Of a stretch of 64,000 nt of DNA, positions 28,138 through 40,271 are shown piece after piece. The notes beneath the pieces are model-generated. The model saw only the letters and a program-made list of their open reading frames with translations, was not told the DNA's origin and did no database searches. The DNA is from Anaeromyxobacteraceae bacterium. GTDB taxonomy: Bacteria > Myxococcota > Myxococcia > Myxococcales > Anaeromyxobacteraceae. How positions within the stretch are numbered: position 1 is the first letter of the stretch; each line of letters opens with the position of its first letter. The stretch covers positions 320,001 to 384,000 of the forward strand of contig JAULAX010000015.1 of the NCBI GenBank assembly GCA_032654565.1, written 5' to 3'. A program made the translations under genes and the position numbers.

Positions 28138-29558
28138 CCGGTGAAGGTGGGCAGGTCGGCGGTGACGGTGTCGCCGCCGCGGGCGAAGCGGATGCGGGCC
28201 ACGCTGCCGTCGCTCATGCGGAAGGTGGCCTTGCGGGCCCCGCCGGTGACCCTCACCGAGAGCTGCAGCGAGACCTTGGTGGCCCGCTCCGGCCAGGTGG
28301 TGGCGAGGTGGACGTCGGTGTCGTGGCCGCGGCTGCGCACCGACGCCAGCAGCGCCACCGGCGACAGCACCACCACCGCCCGCCGCTCCGACGGCAGCAG
28401 CGCCTCCACCGCCCGGGCCAGCGCCGCCTCGTGCCCGGCCCCGGCGAAGCCGAGCAGGCTGCCCCCGGCGGCGCGGCGCTTCTCCACCTCGCGGGCCTCC
28501 ACCCGGGAGAGCGGCTCGCCGTCGGCCAGCACCAGCGGCGTGGCCCCCGGCACCTCGGCGGGGCGGAGCGCCACGGTCACCTGCAGCTGCCGCTCGAGCA
28601 GCGCCGCCAGGGCCGCCTCCACCGCCTGGCGGTGGCGCCCGCCGCTCCACAGGTCGGCCTCGGCCGAGTAGAGCACCGCCACCTCGCCGGGCGACGTGGC
28701 CAGGCGCGGGGCGCCGCCGCGGCCCGCCACCTCGCTGGCCAGGGCGCGGATCCCGGCCAGCACCGCCCCGGCCTCGCCGCGCGGCTGGGGGCCGGCCAGC
28801 TCGATCCCGAAGGGCGCCCCCACCGAGGCCAGCCGCAGCCAGGCCGCCGGCGGGGCGTCGGCCGGCAGCTCCACCGACACCCAGCGGCGCGGCAGCGCCC
28901 CGCGGAGCAGGGCGAACCGGCCGGCCAGCGGGAAGCCGCCCAGGCCGATGGGGAAGATGGCGGCCTCCAGGTGGCGGGCCGCCGCCAGCTGCGAGGGGCC
29001 GAGGGCGGCGAACCAGCCGCAGACCGGGAAGGGGCGGCCCCCGGCCCGGACGGCGTCGTGGACCACCCGGGCGTGGGCCCGGGCCGCCCGCTCCAGCGCC
29101 TCGTGGCGGAAGCGCCAGAAGTCGCGCCCGAAGGGGAGGGCGGTGAAGGAGAGCGCCCCGGAGGCCGCGGCCACGGCGACGCGGGCGGTGGCCAGGAAGT
29201 CGAGCGGCTGGAACTGCTCGCCGTACTTGCGCCGCAGCAGCCGCTGCAGCTCGCGCTGGCACTCGGCGCAGAACCCGGCCCCCAGCAGCCCCTCCACCAG
29301 CGGGGCGTCGGGGGCGTCGAGGATGGCCCCGGCCGACCCGGCCTGCAGCGCCGCCAGCAGCTCGCCGCCGACCCGCTGCCGGTGGCGCTCCCCGGACAGG
29401 CAGGCCAGCGGCGCGGCCGGATCGCCGGCCAGCCCGCCGTCGGCGCCGCGGCAGGCCTCCCCCTCCGACAGGGCCCGGCCGGCCTCGACGGTGACGAACC
29501 GGCCCGGGGCGATGAATCCGGGGGCGAAGGCGGTGGCGGAGGCGGGGACGGACGGCAT
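28110..29558 (-). CDS. Hypothetical protein with weak resemblance to GH42-like glycosidases
   Basis: 482-aa ORF with host-like codon use; GFCAEC...RRKYG and VAVLYS segments. Confidence 0.55.
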   Translation of the reverse strand: MPSVPASATAFAPGFIAPGRFVTVEAGRALSEGEACRGADGGLAGDPAAPLACLSGERHRQRVGGELLAALQAGSAGAILDAPDAPLVEGLLGAGFCAECQRELQRLLRRKYGEQFQPLDFLATARVAVAAASGALSFTALPFGRDFWRFRHEALERAARAHARVVHDAVRAGGRPFPVCGWFAALGPSQLAAARHLEAAIFPIGLGGFPLAGRFALLRGALPRRWVSVELPADAPPAAWLRLASVGAPFGIELAGPQPRGEAGAVLAGIRALASEVAGRGGAPRLATSPGEVAVLYSAEADLWSGGRHRQAVEAALAALLERQLQVTVALRPAEVPGATPLVLADGEPLSRVEAREVEKRRAAGGSLLGFAGAGHEAALARAVEALLPSERRAVVVLSPVALLASVRSRGHDTDVHLATTWPERATKVSLQLSVRVTGGARKATFRMSDGSVARIRFARGGDTVTADLPTFTGYAVLTPEP

Positions 29559-29675
29559 TCCTGTGGCGGGACGTTAGCCGCTCGCAGGGGACCCGACAAG
29601 CACCCAACCTCGCGTTGACGCGAAGGAAATTCGCTGCTACGCATGAGCGGCACCCGATTACCGGAGGTCTCCGCG

Positions 29676-30350
29676 ATGGGCTCGATGTTCGGGACGCTGG
29701 CCAAGCACTACGGCGAGGGCGGGTGGATGATGCACCCCATCCTCGTCTCGCTGATCTTCACCCTCGCCGTGATGATCGACCGGATCATCGTCCTCTACTT
29801 CAAGGCCTCCATCGACAAGGAGGCCTTCCTGCGCGGGCTGAAGCAGCACGTCTTCTCCGGCGACCTCGACAAGGCCATCGCCTTCTGCGCCGCGCAGAAG
29901 AAGGTGCCGCTGGTCTCGGTGATCAAGGCCGGCCTGATCAACGTGCCCAAGGGGGAGGAGGACGTGCAGGCGGCCATGGACGAGGCCACCCTGCGCGAGT
30001 CGCCCAAGATCGAGGCCCGCACCGGCTACCTGGCCATGCTCGGCAACGTCGCCACCCTGCTCGGCCTGCTCGGCACCATCGTCGGCCTGATCGGCGCCTT
30101 CGGCGCGGTGGCCGTCGCCAACCCGGCCGACAAGGCCACCATCCTGGCCAGCTCCATCTCCGAGGCCATGAACTGCACCGCCTTCGGGCTGATGGTGGCC
30201 ATCCCGGCGCTGGTGGCCTACTCGGTGCTGCAGGGGCGCACCCAGCACATGGTCGACGACATCAACGAGTCGGCGGTGTCGGTGCTCAACCTGATCGTGG
30301 CCAACAAGGACAAGATGAAGGTCCCGGCCACGCTGGCGGCGGCCGAGTAG
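29676..30350 (+). CDS. aglR: MotA/TolQ/ExbB proton-channel protein (AglR-like)
   Basis: ATLLGLLGTIVGLI, ISEAMNCTAFGL; GGAGG RBS; followed by two ExbD genes. Confidence 0.85.
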   Translation: MGSMFGTLAKHYGEGGWMMHPILVSLIFTLAVMIDRIIVLYFKASIDKEAFLRGLKQHVFSGDLDKAIAFCAAQKKVPLVSVIKAGLINVPKGEEDVQAAMDEATLRESPKIEARTGYLAMLGNVATLLGLLGTIVGLIGAFGAVAVANPADKATILASSISEAMNCTAFGLMVAIPALVAYSVLQGRTQHMVDDINESAVSVLNLIVANKDKMKVPATLAAAE

Positions 30351-30395
30351 CCGAAGGCCCCCGGCCCACCCGGTGACCAGGAAAGGAGGACCACG

Positions 30396-30890
30396 ATGAG
30401 CGGCGGCGCGATGCCCGAACAGGGCGGCGGCGGAAAGAAGCGCAAGAAGGCGCTCGACGCCAACATCAACGTGGTCCCGGCCATCGACCTGCTCTCCTGC
30501 TGCATCGCCTTCCTGCTCTACACCGCGGTCTGGAACCAGGTCTCCCGGCTGCAGGTGCAGCAGCTCGGCCTCGGCGCCCCGGAGACCACCACCCCGGAGC
30601 AGCTGCAGAAGTCGCTGGCGGTGACCCTGGCGGTGGGCGAGCGGGGCATGGCGCTGACGGTGGGCGACGCCAGCTACGACATCCCCACCCTGGGGCGCAG
30701 CGCCGACGGGGTGGTGCTCCACGACCTCAAGGCCCTCACCACCCGCCTGAAGGCGGTCAAGGGCGAGTTCCCCGACCAGGGCTCGATCATCGTCACCGCC
30801 GAGGACACCGTCCCCTACGGCGACCTGGTCCACGTCATCGACGTCTGCCTGGGCGCCGGGCTCATGCAGGTCTCGGTCTCGGGCGTCTAG
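30396..30890 (+). CDS. aglQ: ExbD/TolR protein (AglQ-like)
   Basis: INVVPAIDL TM helix with the channel Asp; VPYGDLVHVID. Confidence 0.8.
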   Translation: MSGGAMPEQGGGGKKRKKALDANINVVPAIDLLSCCIAFLLYTAVWNQVSRLQVQQLGLGAPETTTPEQLQKSLAVTLAVGERGMALTVGDASYDIPTLGRSADGVVLHDLKALTTRLKAVKGEFPDQGSIIVTAEDTVPYGDLVHVIDVCLGAGLMQVSVSGV

Positions 30891-30903
30891 GAGGGGAGCC
30901 GCC

Positions 30904-31479
30904 ATGGCCATCGTCCAGCCAGGGAAGCGCCCCAGCCCGCGCTTGGCGCGCTCCAAGGTGCTGGGCGGCAAGATCGGCCGCGGCCGCCGCAGCGGCAACG
31001 CCGAGCTCAACGTGGTCCCCATGGTCGACATGATGACCATGCTGGTGATCTTCCTGCTGCAGCAGTACAGCGCCACCGGCGAGGTGCTCTACATGCAGAA
31101 GGACATCCGCCTCCCCGACGCCCGCCACGGCCAGATGATCGAGCAGGCCCCCACCGTGGCCATCTCGGCCGGCCAGGTGGTGGTCACCGGCCAGAAGGTG
31201 GCCGACGTGGCCGACCTGGAGCGCGACGCCGGCTACCTCAACATCCCGGCGCTGGAGGAGAAGCTGCGCGAGGACAAGAAGCGCTGGGACTTCATCCACC
31301 AGCAGGACCCCGGCGCCAAGTGGGACGGGATCGTCAACATCCAGGCGGACGAGAAGGTGCCGTTCCGCATCGTCAAGCGGGTGATGTACTCGGCCGGCGT
31401 GGCCGGCTACTTCAACCTCAACTTCGCCGCCCTGGACATCGGCAGCGGCGCGGCGGCCGCCCAGGGCGCCGCGCCCTAG
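30904..31479 (+). CDS. aglS: ExbD/TolR protein (AglS-like)
   Basis: LNVVPMVDMM, IQADEKVPF. Confidence 0.8.
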   Translation: MAIVQPGKRPSPRLARSKVLGGKIGRGRRSGNAELNVVPMVDMMTMLVIFLLQQYSATGEVLYMQKDIRLPDARHGQMIEQAPTVAISAGQVVVTGQKVADVADLERDAGYLNIPALEEKLREDKKRWDFIHQQDPGAKWDGIVNIQADEKVPFRIVKRVMYSAGVAGYFNLNFAALDIGSGAAAAQGAAP

Positions 31480-31728
31480 ACCCGCCCCGGCCCCGCGCCA
31501 GCCCGGCCCCGGCGGACCGCCGACCGGGCCCGCCGACCGCCCCTCCGGCCCGCCCCGAATACCGGACTGGACAAGGCGGTTTGCGGCCTAGTAGATTCCG
31601 CCGGCCTTCGACAGCACCCCGCCCCCCCTCCGGCCCGCAACAAGCCGGATTTCCGCGGGGATTCACCCAGCCGCTCCAGCAACCAGCCTCCCCAGCAACC
31701 CGCCTCCCAAAAAGGGAACCGCCGCGCC

Positions 31729-34182
<2,454 letters not shown>

Positions 34183-34237
34183 CGGGCACCACCCGCCCCG
34201 CTTCGATCGGGCGGCGCTCGCTCCGGCGTGCGCCGCC

Positions 34238-34867
34238 TTGAAGGTGTTCCCGCTGCCCGGCGTGGTGCTGCTGCCGGGCGCGCCCGCCCCCTTCCACATC
34301 TTCGAGCCGCGCTACCGCGACCTGTTCGCGGCGGCGCTGGCCGGGGACCGGGTGGTGGCGGTGCCCACCGTGCTCCGCCCCGACGAGGTCATGACCGAGC
34401 GGCCGGCGCTCTGGCCGGTGGCCGGGCTCTGCGTCATCGTCGGCGAGGAGCAGAACGGCGACGGCACGCTCGACGTGCTGCTCCACTGCGCCGGGCGGGT
34501 GCGGCTGGGCGAGGAGCTGCGGGGCAAGCCGTACCGCGAGTTCCAGGCCGAGCTGATCGAGGACCTCTACCCGGCCGCCGGCGTCGCCGGGCTGCAGGGG
34601 GACGTCGAGGCCCTGGCCCAGCTCTGCTACGACCTGATCCCGCTCCTGCCGGCCGAGTCGGGCGTCAACCGGCTCACCGAGGCGGTGGCCCGCATGAAGG
34701 ACCCCGGGGCCATGGCCGACCTGGTGGCGGCGGCGGCCATCACCGAGCCGTCGGCCCGCTACCGGGTGCTGGCCGAGCCGGAGGTGGCGGTGCGGCTCAA
34801 GCTGGTGGACGAGGAGCTGGCCTCGCTGGTGCTGCTGCTCGGGCAGGGGCGCGGCTCGAAGAACTGA
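34238..34867 (+). CDS. LON substrate-binding (N-domain) protein
   Basis: FPLPGVVLLP...HIFEPRYR. Confidence 0.85.
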   Translation: MKVFPLPGVVLLPGAPAPFHIFEPRYRDLFAAALAGDRVVAVPTVLRPDEVMTERPALWPVAGLCVIVGEEQNGDGTLDVLLHCAGRVRLGEELRGKPYREFQAELIEDLYPAAGVAGLQGDVEALAQLCYDLIPLLPAESGVNRLTEAVARMKDPGAMADLVAAAAITEPSARYRVLAEPEVAVRLKLVDEELASLVLLLGQGRGSKN

Positions 34868-34942
34868 GGGACGGGCGCCCCGGCGGAGTCCGGAACCGAA
34901 GCCGCCGACCCGCCACTTCGAGCCAGCCTGGAGGCGAAGGCG

Positions 34943-35491
34943 TCAGCGCACCGGCGGCGGCGCACCGGTGATGCGTCGCCACAGCGCCAGGGCCGAGGCG
35001 GGGAGCCGGTGGAGCTGCCCCTCGACGGCCGCCACCAGCGCCGGCCGGCCGGGCAGTGAGAGCAGCTGCTCGACGTCCCAGGCGTCCTGGGGCCCTCCCG
35101 CGAAGAGCTTGAGCAGGACCAGGTCCGCCGCGGTGACCACCGGGATCGGCACCTCGCTCACGCCGCGGGGCTCGGCCCTGCGGAGCAGCTCGGCCTGCCA
35201 GGCGGCGCGCCCCACCACCACGTCCACTGAGCGGGAGCCGGGGCGAGCGATGCGGATGACCCCGGCCAGCGGGTCCTCGTCGTCGCCGAGGCGGACGTCG
35301 ACCGTGTCGCCCGATCCCGCCAGCCGGGCCCAGGGCGCGGGCGAGAGCATGGCCCGGTCGGTGACCAGGAGGTCCAGGTCGAAGGTGGAGCGGCCGACGC
35401 CGTGGGCCGCCATGGCCCCGGCGCCGATCAAGGCGTGCGGGACGGCCCGCGCCGAGAGCTCCCTGGAGACGTCGGCGAGCAGGCGGAGCAT
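34943..35491 (-). CDS. Putative nucleotidyltransferase-fold toxin
   Basis: LIGAGAM..GVGRSTFDLDLL, DLVLLKLFAGGPQDAWD. Confidence 0.7.
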   Translation of the reverse strand: MLRLLADVSRELSARAVPHALIGAGAMAAHGVGRSTFDLDLLVTDRAMLSPAPWARLAGSGDTVDVRLGDDEDPLAGVIRIARPGSRSVDVVVGRAAWQAELLRRAEPRGVSEVPIPVVTAADLVLLKLFAGGPQDAWDVEQLLSLPGRPALVAAVEGQLHRLPASALALWRRITGAPPPVR

Positions 35492-35706
35492 CAGGGCTCC
35501 GAGACGCACCGCGAGGGCTGGCGGCCGGCGGCGCGCTGGCGCTGGAGGGCGATCCGCGCCGCCTCGAGCGAGAGGCCGGTGGCGGCGGCGTGGAGCTGCA
35601 CGTCCGAGTCGCCGAGCTGGAGGGCGCGGAGCACCCGCTCGCCGGGCGAGAGGGCGGCCTCGGCGCGGGCGCCGTCACGGCGGAGGCTGGCTGCGACCTT
35701 GCTCAC
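35491..35706 (-). CDS. Small (71 aa) putative antitoxin
   Basis: GTG start; its TGA overlaps the NTase ATG (TGATG). Confidence 0.55.
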   Translation of the reverse strand: MSKVAASLRRDGARAEAALSPGERVLRALQLGDSDVQLHAAATGLSLEAARIALQRQRAAGRQPSRCVSEP

Positions 35707-35750
35707 GCGCCGATGATAGCCGGTCGGAAGGCCGGGACGAAGCCCCGGGT

Positions 35751-37052
35751 CTACCGCCGGCCGATGCCGTGGTAGGTGAAGCCGGCGGCGCGGGCCTTCT
35801 GCGCGTCCCAGGCGTTGCGGCCGTCGAAGAGCACGTCGCCGCGCATGGCCTTCTTGAGCCGGGCCCAGTCGGGCTGGCGGAACTCGTTCCACTCGGTCAC
35901 CAGCATGAGGGCGTCGGCCCCCTCGGCGGCGGCGTAGGGCTCGCGCACCAGCTCCACGGTGGACGGCAGCAGCCGGGCCGCCACCTCGCGCGCCACCGGG
36001 TCGTGGGCCCGCACCGTGGCGCCGTTGCCCACCAGCGCCTCGATGATGGTCAGCGCCGGGGCCTCGCGCATGTCGTCGGTCTTGGGCTTGAAGGCCAGCC
36101 CCCAGACGCCGAAGACCTTGCCGGCCACCTTGCCGCCGAAGTGCTTCATGGCCTTCTCGAAGAGCAGCCGCTTCTGCCGCTCGTTGATCCGCTCAACGGC
36201 CCGGAGCAGGTCGAAGTCGAGGCCGACCTGCCGGGCGATGGTAGTAAGTGCCCGTAAATCTTTAGGAAAACACGATCCGCCGAATCCAGACCCAGGGTAA
36301 AGGAACGGATGACCGATCCGCTTGTCGCTCCCCATGCCGCGGCGCACCTGGTCGACGTCGGCGCCGAGCCGGTCGCAGACCGCGGCGATCTCGTTCATGA
36401 AGGAGATGCGGGTGGCCAGCATGGCGTTGGCGGCATACTTGGTCAGCTCGGCGGAGCGCAGGTCCATGAAGAGCACCGGCTGCTCGGCCCGGGTGAACGG
36501 CGCGTAGAGCTCGGCCATCACCGCCCGGGCCCGCTCGCTGGCCACGCCCACCACCACGCGGTCGGGGCGCATGAAGTCGTCGATGGCCGCCCCCTCCTTC
36601 AGGAACTCCGGGTTGGAGACCACGTCGAAGGGCTGGCTGGTGATTGACTCGAGCCGGGTCCGCACCTGGTCGGCGCTCCCCACCGGCACGGTGGACTTGT
36701 TGACCACCACGCAGTAGCCGGTCAGCGCCTTGCCGATCGACTCGGCGGCGGCCAGCACGTAGGAGAGGTCGGCCTCGCCGCTCTCGCCCGGGGGGGTTCC
36801 GACGGCGATGAAGGCGACGTCGGCGCCGGCCACGCCGTCGGCGGCCCTGGTGGTGAAGCGCAGCCGCCCCTCGCGGGCGTTGCGGCGCACCAGCTCCTCC
36901 AGCCCCGGCTCGTAGATGGGGACGCCGCCGGAGAGCAGCAGGTCGATCTTGGCCGGGTCGTGGTCCACGCAGGTGACCTCGTGGCCCGACTCGGCGAAGC
37001 AGGTGCCGGTGACCAGCCCGACGTAGCCGGTCCCGATGACGGCGATCTTCAT
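35751..37052 (-). CDS. ugd: UDP-glucose 6-dehydrogenase
   Basis: IGTGYVG, SNPEFLKEG, GGSCFPKD, GLAFKPKTDDMRE. Confidence 0.96.
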   Translation of the reverse strand: MKIAVIGTGYVGLVTGTCFAESGHEVTCVDHDPAKIDLLLSGGVPIYEPGLEELVRRNAREGRLRFTTRAADGVAGADVAFIAVGTPPGESGEADLSYVLAAAESIGKALTGYCVVVNKSTVPVGSADQVRTRLESITSQPFDVVSNPEFLKEGAAIDDFMRPDRVVVGVASERARAVMAELYAPFTRAEQPVLFMDLRSAELTKYAANAMLATRISFMNEIAAVCDRLGADVDQVRRGMGSDKRIGHPFLYPGSGFGGSCFPKDLRALTTIARQVGLDFDLLRAVERINERQKRLLFEKAMKHFGGKVAGKVFGVWGLAFKPKTDDMREAPALTIIEALVGNGATVRAHDPVAREVAARLLPSTVELVREPYAAAEGADALMLVTEWNEFRQPDWARLKKAMRGDVLFDGRNAWDAQKARAAGFTYHGIGRR

Positions 37053-37138
37053 GTGCGCGGACTCCCCGAAAGGCAGCGGTGCGGGGGCAAATTATCACGC
37101 CGGCCGGCCGCCGCCGACCAAACGGCCGCCGCGACGAC

Positions 37139-38065
37139 TCAGCCCGGGGCCACCACCAGCCGCGCCGCGGCCTCGGCCCCGCGAAGGTGGCGCAGCTTGC
37201 CCGGATCCCGCGCCCCGTCGGCCACCTGCTCCACCGCCGCCCGCTCCACGGCGCCGAGCGACGGCGTCAGCGCCGCGGCGGCCTCGGCAACCTCGGGGAA
37301 GAAGAAGCCGGTCAGCAGGCAGGCGCCGTAGAGGGCCCGCGACAGCCCGGCCCGCTCGGCCCGCGCCTTCACCAGCGCCGCGTCGAGCGGCAGCCGCAGC
37401 AGCTCGCGCAGGTCGAGGTAGCGGATCAGGGGGGCCCAGAGCGCCGCCTGGCCGAGGTCGCCGACGGCGCAGAGCAGCGCGTCCTCGGCGGCGGGGCGGC
37501 CGGCCTGCGGCCCGAAGGCGCGCAGCGGGACGGCGCGGGCGTAGAGGGCGTCGTCCTCGTCGGCGCCGGGCCAGAGCCCCTCCTGCAGCGAGAGCTCGAT
37601 GGGGCCGTCGGAGAAGACCGCGGTGCGGCCGTCGTGGCCGGTGCGGCGCAGCTTCATGCCGCCCTTCTGCAGGCCGTCGGCGAAGCGCCGGCCGTCGGCG
37701 CCGCGCACCGCCAGCCGCAGATCGCTGACCGGGCGCCAGGCCATGTGCGGGTAGAGCCAGTCGACGTAGGCGGCGCCGTCGAGCAGCACCACCGGCACCT
37801 CGGCCACGTCCTTCAAGGCGTTGCGCAGGGTGATGAGCCGCATGACGTTGTCGTTGACGGTGCCGGTGTACTGGCCGAGCAGGGATTCGCGGAAGCGGTC
37901 GGGCAGGCCGGCGCCGAGCCGGGTCTGCTCGCAGTGAAAGGAGGCGAGCGGAGCCAGGCCGTGGGCCACCAGCACCGGGGCCAGGGCGTCGAGGTCGCAG
38001 GGGGGAAGGGCCGCCAGCGGGGAGAAGCTGGCCAGCGCCCGGATGGCCGGCAGGAGCGGACTCAT
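37139..38065 (-). CDS. Uncharacterised nucleotidyltransferase family protein
   Basis: VLLDGAA..LYP..AWRPVSDLRL resembles the KG...R..DxD motif; ATGA overlap with the upstream GT. Confidence 0.7.
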   Translation of the reverse strand: MSPLLPAIRALASFSPLAALPPCDLDALAPVLVAHGLAPLASFHCEQTRLGAGLPDRFRESLLGQYTGTVNDNVMRLITLRNALKDVAEVPVVLLDGAAYVDWLYPHMAWRPVSDLRLAVRGADGRRFADGLQKGGMKLRRTGHDGRTAVFSDGPIELSLQEGLWPGADEDDALYARAVPLRAFGPQAGRPAAEDALLCAVGDLGQAALWAPLIRYLDLRELLRLPLDAALVKARAERAGLSRALYGACLLTGFFFPEVAEAAAALTPSLGAVERAAVEQVADGARDPGKLRHLRGAEAAARLVVAPG

Positions 38066-39570
38066 GAGTCCTTCGGTTCCAGCACCGCGATCAGCGACAG
38101 CGCGTCGAACGGCAGGACCCGGTCCACCAGCCGGAAGAGCGGCGTCAGCAGGTTGAGCGCCATGATCTGCACGAGGCCGAAGCTGCGCCGCTTCAGCAGC
38201 TTGCCGTTGAGCCACCAGGCCGGCCGCCCCACCCGGTTGAAGTGGACCAGCGTCTTCACGGTGAAGCCGGCGTCGTCGGCCAGCTTCGCCAGCGACTCGA
38301 CGGTGTAGCGGCGGCGGTGGCCGAGCACCTCGTCGAGCGTGCCGAACACCTCCGGCCCCTGCGGCACCAGCACGATGGCCCGGCCCCCGGGCGCCAGCAC
38401 CGCCCGGATGTTGCGCAGCGCCCCGACGTCGTCGTCGACGTGCTCCACCACGTTCAAGCAGACCACGGTGTCGAAGCCGCCCGGCGGCCGCGGGAAGGTC
38501 TCGCCGCGGGTGACGTCGGTGAGGGTGACGTCCAGGTACGGGCGGTCGGCGGTCAGCCCCTGCAGCGAGTGCAGGTAGAGCGGGTTGATGTCGGAGGCCA
38601 CGTACTGGTCGCGGGGGATGAGCCGCCGGGTCAGGTTGCCGGTGCCGGAGCCGATCTCGAGGATGCGCTGGCCGCAGAAGGGGAGAATCGTATCCGCCAT
38701 CCAGCCGTTGAAGCGCGGCGCCCGGGCCATGCGGCCGAGGATCTGCGACCCCCACTCGTCCTCCTGGTAGACGTGGTCCGACCACCAGAAGCGCAGGATG
38801 GCCAGCAGCGCCTTGACCCCGTCGCGCCAGCCGATCTTCTTGCCCTCCTGGTAGGTGCGCCCGGAGTAGCTGATGGGCACCTCGAAGATGCGGGCCTCGC
38901 GCTTGGCCAGCTTGATGGTCAGCTCCGGCTCGAGCCGGAAGTCGTCGCTCACCAGCGGGATGGAGCGGAGCAGCGAGGTGCGGACCGCCTTGTAGCAGGT
39001 CTCCATGTCGGTCAGGTTCACGTTGGTCACGAGATTGGTGAGGAACGTGAGCAGCCGGTTGCCGAGCTCGTGGCGGAAGAGCAGGGCACGCCTCGCCTGG
39101 CCGCCGGCGAAGCGCGAGCCGAAGACGGCGTCGGCGTGCTCGTCGACGAAGACCGGGAGGAAGCCGAGCAGGTCGCGCGGGTGGTACTCCAGGTCGGCGT
39201 CGTGGATCACCGTGAGCTCGCACTCGGCGCGGGCCAGCCCGGCGCGGATGGCCGCCCCCTTGCCGCCGTTGCGGGCGTGCTGCAGGAAGAGCCAGTCGGT
39301 CCGGCCGTGGCGCCCGGCGCCGCGCTCCACCACCGGGATGGCGCCGGCGGTGCGCGGGGCGTGGGGCAGGGGCGGGGCCAGGGTGATGCCGCGGGCGGCG
39401 GCGAAGTCGGCCAGCACCGCGGCGGAGCGGTCGCGCGAGGAGTCGTCGACCACGATCACCTGCAGCCGGTCGAGCAGCGGGCTCGCCTCCAGGGCCGCGA
39501 GCCGCTCCAGCGAGGCGGCCACCAGGTGCTGCTCGTTGTAGACGGGGACGAGGACGGTGAGGGAGGTCAT
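38062..39570 (-). CDS. GT2 glycosyltransferase fused to a class I SAM methyltransferase
   Basis: VPVYNE, VVDDSS, HDADLEY, DMETCYK, then ILEIGSGTG and NVVEH. Confidence 0.9.
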   Translation of the reverse strand: MTSLTVLVPVYNEQHLVAASLERLAALEASPLLDRLQVIVVDDSSRDRSAAVLADFAAARGITLAPPLPHAPRTAGAIPVVERGAGRHGRTDWLFLQHARNGGKGAAIRAGLARAECELTVIHDADLEYHPRDLLGFLPVFVDEHADAVFGSRFAGGQARRALLFRHELGNRLLTFLTNLVTNVNLTDMETCYKAVRTSLLRSIPLVSDDFRLEPELTIKLAKREARIFEVPISYSGRTYQEGKKIGWRDGVKALLAILRFWWSDHVYQEDEWGSQILGRMARAPRFNGWMADTILPFCGQRILEIGSGTGNLTRRLIPRDQYVASDINPLYLHSLQGLTADRPYLDVTLTDVTRGETFPRPPGGFDTVVCLNVVEHVDDDVGALRNIRAVLAPGGRAIVLVPQGPEVFGTLDEVLGHRRRYTVESLAKLADDAGFTVKTLVHFNRVGRPAWWLNGKLLKRRSFGLVQIMALNLLTPLFRLVDRVLPFDALSLIAVLEPKDS

Positions 39571-39592
39571 GCTCCGGCCGGTCTTACCACCC

Positions 39593-40096
39593 CTACTCCG
39601 CCGGCGGCGAGACCCCGCAGCGCTGCAGGAAGAGGGCGGCCAGGACGCCGAGGCCGAGCGACACCCCCACCACCAGGAAGGCCCGCAGCCGCAGCTTGCG
39701 CTTCAGCCGGTGGTCGCGGGTCTCCGACTTGCGGCCCCGCTGCTGCGCCGCCCGGGCGGCGAGCCGGCTGGCCCGCGGCGCCACCTTGCCCCGGGCCCAG
39801 CCGCGGTGGCCGCAGCTCCGGCAGGCGTAGCGGTCCCAGGAGGAGTAGCGGCGCACCAGCTTCTGCAGGCCGGAGCGGCTGTGCGACCGGCGCAGGTTGT
39901 GGCCGCCGCACTTTCCGCAGGCCGGCTGGCCCGCCGCCGTGTCCTGGGCGGAATGGTCGGCCGGCTGGCCGAGGGCGACGTGCTGGTCGGCCGGACTGTG
40001 CGGGCTGGACTGGTCGATCGAGCGGGTCGGATCGGCCGGGTCGGCCGGGTCCGACGGGGCGTTCGGGGTGCTCTTTCTGGTCGGGGCGGGCTCCAC
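39593..40096 (-). CDS. Zn-ribbon membrane-anchored hypothetical protein
   Basis: CGKCG...CRSCG pair, C-terminal TM helix. Confidence 0.6.
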   Translation of the reverse strand: MEPAPTRKSTPNAPSDPADPADPTRSIDQSSPHSPADQHVALGQPADHSAQDTAAGQPACGKCGGHNLRRSHSRSGLQKLVRRYSSWDRYACRSCGHRGWARGKVAPRASRLAARAAQQRGRKSETRDHRLKRKLRLRAFLVVGVSLGLGVLAALFLQRCGVSPPAE

Positions 40097-40271
40097 GCGG
40101 CGCGCAGATTACCGCGGCCGATCCGACCTGTCGCGGCGGCGGCGGCGGTCCGTTTGGGCCGTGCCGGCCGAAAGGCCGCCGTTCACGGACTGTGCGTCCC
40201 TGTTCAACCGCCGCGCGGGCTGACCGCGGCTCTCGGCTCGGCCCCGGTGCGGGCTGACCGCCGGCCCCGGC

